Of a stretch of 64,000 nt of DNA, positions 60,340-64,000 are shown piece after piece. Origin of the DNA: Scyliorhinus canicula. Its lineage: Eukaryota. A program made the position numbers and the translations under genes. Below the pieces are notes generated by a model, which was not told the DNA's origin, searched no databases, and saw nothing but the letters and a program-made list of their open reading frames with translations. Location of the stretch: positions 84,493,721 through 84,557,720 of the forward strand of contig NC_052163.1 in NCBI RefSeq assembly GCF_902713615.1, in the 5' to 3' direction. The number at the start of each line of letters is the position of its first letter. Positions within the stretch are counted from its first letter, which is position 1.

Positions 60340-63300
60340 TGTGGTGATATGATTTGCATACCTGTCTGCCATTGGGGCAGAACACCGGCTCACCATTGGC
60401 CCTGGTCGGTCATGTGCCTCTCGACCGATTGGTCGAGAGGCTGAGTTAACCGCGCCTCCTTGCCGAGGTATAAATAGTCAAACATCCGGCGGTCGTCCAT
60501 TTATTGTAGACGACCGCAGGGCTACGTTCTAGTTTATTAAAGCCTAACTTTTGTAAAGCAACTCGTCTCTCGTACAATTGATGGCACATCAATTTAATAA
60601 ACTACAATTTTGAAGATGGAGTTCCGGATCAAGCCTGAATGCCTCCGCATCAGCAAGCAAACTCCGAACTCTGCAGAACTTTTTCAACTTTGGCTGACAT
60701 GCCTCGAAGGATACCTGGCATCTACAACCACCCCACCCCCCCCCCCCCCACCGTGGCACAGAAGCTGCACGTCCTCCACTCCAGCGTGGGTATCGACGCC
60801 TACGCAATAATCAAAGAAGAAACGGATTATGATTCAGCAACACTAAAGCTTAAGGGACAATTCATTAAACCAGTCAACAGAGTATTCACCCGACATCTGC
60901 TGGCCACCAGACGGCACCTCTCCGGTGAGTCACTAAACCAATTTTACCAGGCCCTCGCTATCCTGGGGAGGAATTGCTCCTGCGTCGCAGTCTCAGCTAC
61001 GGAGCACATGGAACTACTGATCAGAGACGCTTACGTGGCTGGGATGCAGTCCCCCGCTATCCGCCAGCGGATGCTGGAGAGAGACGACCTCAGCTTAACT
61101 GAGGCACGGACTCTCTCCTCCTCCCTGGAGGTCGCCGATCAAAACGCCTGCGCCTATGACCCCAGCCAGACCTCCTGGCACGCTTCCCCACCGCCATCCG
61201 CTGCTCCCGACCTCCCTCAGGCCTGTGCCGCGGGACGCCCCGACAAGTCCATGGGGCCCCGCTGCTACATTTGTGGGTTCGCGAAACACCCTCGCCCGCG
61301 CTGCCCAGCCCGCTCCGCCCTCTGTAAGAGCTGCGGTAAGAAGGGCCACTTCACCACGGTCTGCCAGGCCAAAACGGTGGCTGCGGTTCTTCTGGATGCC
61401 ACGCAACACTCTCCCCCCCCCCCCCGCCCCCGGGCCCCTGCGACCGGCCTGTGCGCCTCTCTCTCTCCTCCCCTCCTAGACGCAGCACAACTCTCTCCCC
61501 CCGCCCCCGGGCCCCGCGCCTGGCCTGCGCGCCTCGCTGCCCCCGCTTGCAGCCGCTCCACTCGGCTCACCGGCACCGCTAGCCCCGCCCTCAGCAACCA
61601 CGAGGGCCCCACGGGCGCCGCCATCTTGGGGCGCCGACTCCACGTGCAGGTCCTGGGCGCCGCCATCTTGGGACGCCGACTCCACGTGCGGGTCCTGGGC
61701 GCTGCCATCTTGGGGCCCCGACTCCACGTGCGGGTCCTGGGCGCTGCCATCTTGGGATCCCGACTCCACGTGCGGATCCTGGCCACGGCCTTCGGGACTG
61801 GCACGCAAGGTTCTTCCAGCACCTACTCGGCCGACGACGACTACGGATCTTCAGCTCGACCAGTCACGTCCACGCACGCTCGCCAAAACGAAAACGCTGA
61901 TCCACCTCAATGGCCACGAGACGAGCTGCCTGCTGGACTCCGGGAGCACGGAAAGCTTCGTTCACCCTGCCACAGTAAGACGCTGCGCGCTCCCTGTCCA
62001 TCCTGTAAAACACAAAATCGGGTTAGCCTCAGGTTCGCACTCCGTCCACATCACCGGGTGCTGCATCGCGGACCTCACGGTCCAGGGGAAGGTTTTTAAA
62101 AATTATAAATTCCTTGTCCTCCCTGACCTTTGCGCACCGGCACTCCTAGGACTGGACTTCCAATGCAACCTGCAGAGCTTGACCTTTCAATTCGGCGGCC
62201 CTATACCCCCCCTCACTGTCTGCAGCCTCGCGTCCCTCAAAGTGGACCCCCCCTCCTTGTTTGCTAATCTCACCCCCGATTGCAAACCCGTCGCGACACG
62301 GAGCAGACGGTACAGCGCCCAGGACCGGTCCTTCATCAGGTCCGAGGTCCAGAGGCTGCTGATGGAAGGGGTCATCGAGGCCAGCAACAGTCCCTGGCGA
62401 GCCCAAGTGCTGGTGGTCCGGACTGGGGAGAAAAACCGGATGGTCATCGACTATAGCCAGACCATCAACCGGTTTACGCAACTGGACGCGTATCCTCTCC
62501 CCCGTATTTCCACCATGGTAAATGATATCGCTAAATACAAGGTCTTCTCCACTGTGGACCTTAAGTCCGCTTATCACCAGCTCCCCATCCGCGCGAGTGA
62601 CCGCAAATACACCGCGTTTGAGGCAGATGGGCGCCTCTACCACTTCCTTAGGGTTCCATTTGGTGTCACAAATGGGGTCTCGGTCTTCCAACGGGAGATG
62701 GACCGAATGGTCGACGAGTACGGATTACTGGCTACCTTCCCGTATCTTGATAATGTCACCATCTGCGGCCACGATCAGCAGGACCATGACGCCAACCTCC
62801 AGCAATTCCTCCAAACCGCAAAACTCCTTAACCTCACATACAATAAGGATAAGTGCGTGTTTAGCACCGACCGTCTAGCCATCCTCGGCTACATAGTGCG
62901 TAAAGGAGTGATAGGCCCCGACCCCGAACGTATGCGCCCCCTGATGGAACTCCCTCTCCCCAGTACCCCAAATCCCTCAAACGCTGCCTGGGGTTCTTCG
63001 CATACTACGCCCAATGGGTTCCCAACTACGCTGACAGAGGCCCGTCCCCTCATTCAAACCACGACCTTCCCGCCGTCGACAGAGGCCTGCCAGGCCTTTA
63101 GCCACATCAAAGCGGACATCGGAAAGGCCACGATGCGCGCCATCAACGAGTCCCTCCCTTTCCAGGTCGAGAGCGACGCATCAGAAGTTGCTCTGGCGGC
63201 CACCCTGAACCAAGCGGGCAGACCCGTGGCCTTCTTTTCCAGAACTCTCCAGGCTTCCGAACTCCGCCACCCCTCTGTGGAAAAGGAAGCCCAGGCCATA

Positions 63301-64000
63301 GTCGAAGCGGTGCGACATTGGAGGCACTATTTGGCCGGCAGGAGGTTTACCCTCCTCACAGACCAACGGTCAGTAACCTTCATGTTTGATAATGCACAAA
63401 GGGGCAAGATCAAGAATGACAAGATCTTACGGTGACGGATCGAGTTGTCCACGTACAACTATGAGATCTTGTATCGTCCTGGGAAGCTCAATGAGCCTCC
63501 TGATGCCCTGTCCCGCGGTACCTGCGCCAGCGCGCAGATAGACCGCCTCCGCTCCCTCCATGCGGACCTCTGCCATCCAGGGGTGACCCGCCTCTACCAT
63601 TTCATTAAGGCCCGCAACCTGCCTTTCTCCATCGCGGGAGTCAGGACAGTAACCCGTGACTGCCACATCTGCGCAGAGTGCAAACCGCACTTCTACCGCC
63701 CCGAGCGCGCACACCTGATCAAAGCATCCCGCCCCTTCGAACGTCTCAGCATTGACTTCAAGGGGCCCCTTCCCTCTAACAACCGCAACATTTATTTCCT
63801 GGCGGTAATTGACGAATTCTCCCGCTTCCCCTTCACCATTCCCTGCCCCGACATGACCACATCGACCGTCATTAAGGCCCTACTCTCCATCTTCTCCCTG
63901 TTCGGCTACCCCACGTACATACACAGCGATCGGGGGTCCTCCTTTATGAGCGATGAGCTGCATCAATTCCTGCTCAACAGAGGCATTGCCTCTAGCAGGA
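60340..64000 (+). mobile_element. Gypsy retrotransposon D (5' LTR 60340-60591), running off the window
   Basis: TG...CA LTR with TATA and ATTAAA; gag from ATG 60616 (zinc knuckles), PR DSGS, RT YLDNV, RH and IN; a few frameshifts and stops. Confidence 0.93.
61613..61781 (+). repeat. 4 x 42-bp tandem repeat in the gag-PR linker
   Basis: Unit gggcgccgccatcttggggcgccgactccacgtgcaggtcct. Confidence 0.9.

Noticed and set aside
60639-62099. 486-aa ORF with GAAIL repeats as a novel protein
   Set aside because: It is Gypsy gag running through frameshifts into the linker repeat.
1-64000. CRISPR arrays, rRNA or prokaryotic systems
   Set aside because: No repeat-spacer array or rRNA-like sequence seen; the content is vertebrate, with spliced Ig exons and retroelements.

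Overview
Cartilaginous-fish (shark-type) genomic DNA. It carries two tandem, same-orientation immunoglobulin sigma-type light-chain clusters on the minus strand (leader-V-12RSS / 23RSS-J / C), about 32.4 kb apart, embedded in nested retroelements. Cluster 1 (C 14045-14367, J 18703-18739, V 19118-19444, leader 19546-19594, octamer promoter) looks intact and unrearranged. In cluster 2 the V exon is split by a 4.1-kb Gypsy LTR element, while J2 and C2 are intact. The rest is CR1-type LINEs (one with an open ORF2 over 1-2739), L1-like LINE pieces, four Gypsy proviruses plus a pol fragment, three solo LTRs, tRNA-derived SINEs with swapped tails, a hAT MITE and Penelope-like remnants with hammerhead motifs. 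The most striking unexplained signal: three divergent Gypsy elements have no tRNA primer-binding site. Instead, the 15-16 nt directly after the 5' LTR are complementary to their own LTR poly(A)-signal region, with compensatory changes (AATAAA/TTTATT versus ATTAAA/TTTAAT) and a fixed ~50-nt loop. This suggests self-priming and/or poly(A)-signal occlusion. All alignments and counts were made by eye; isotype and family names rest on motif recognition, not database searches.
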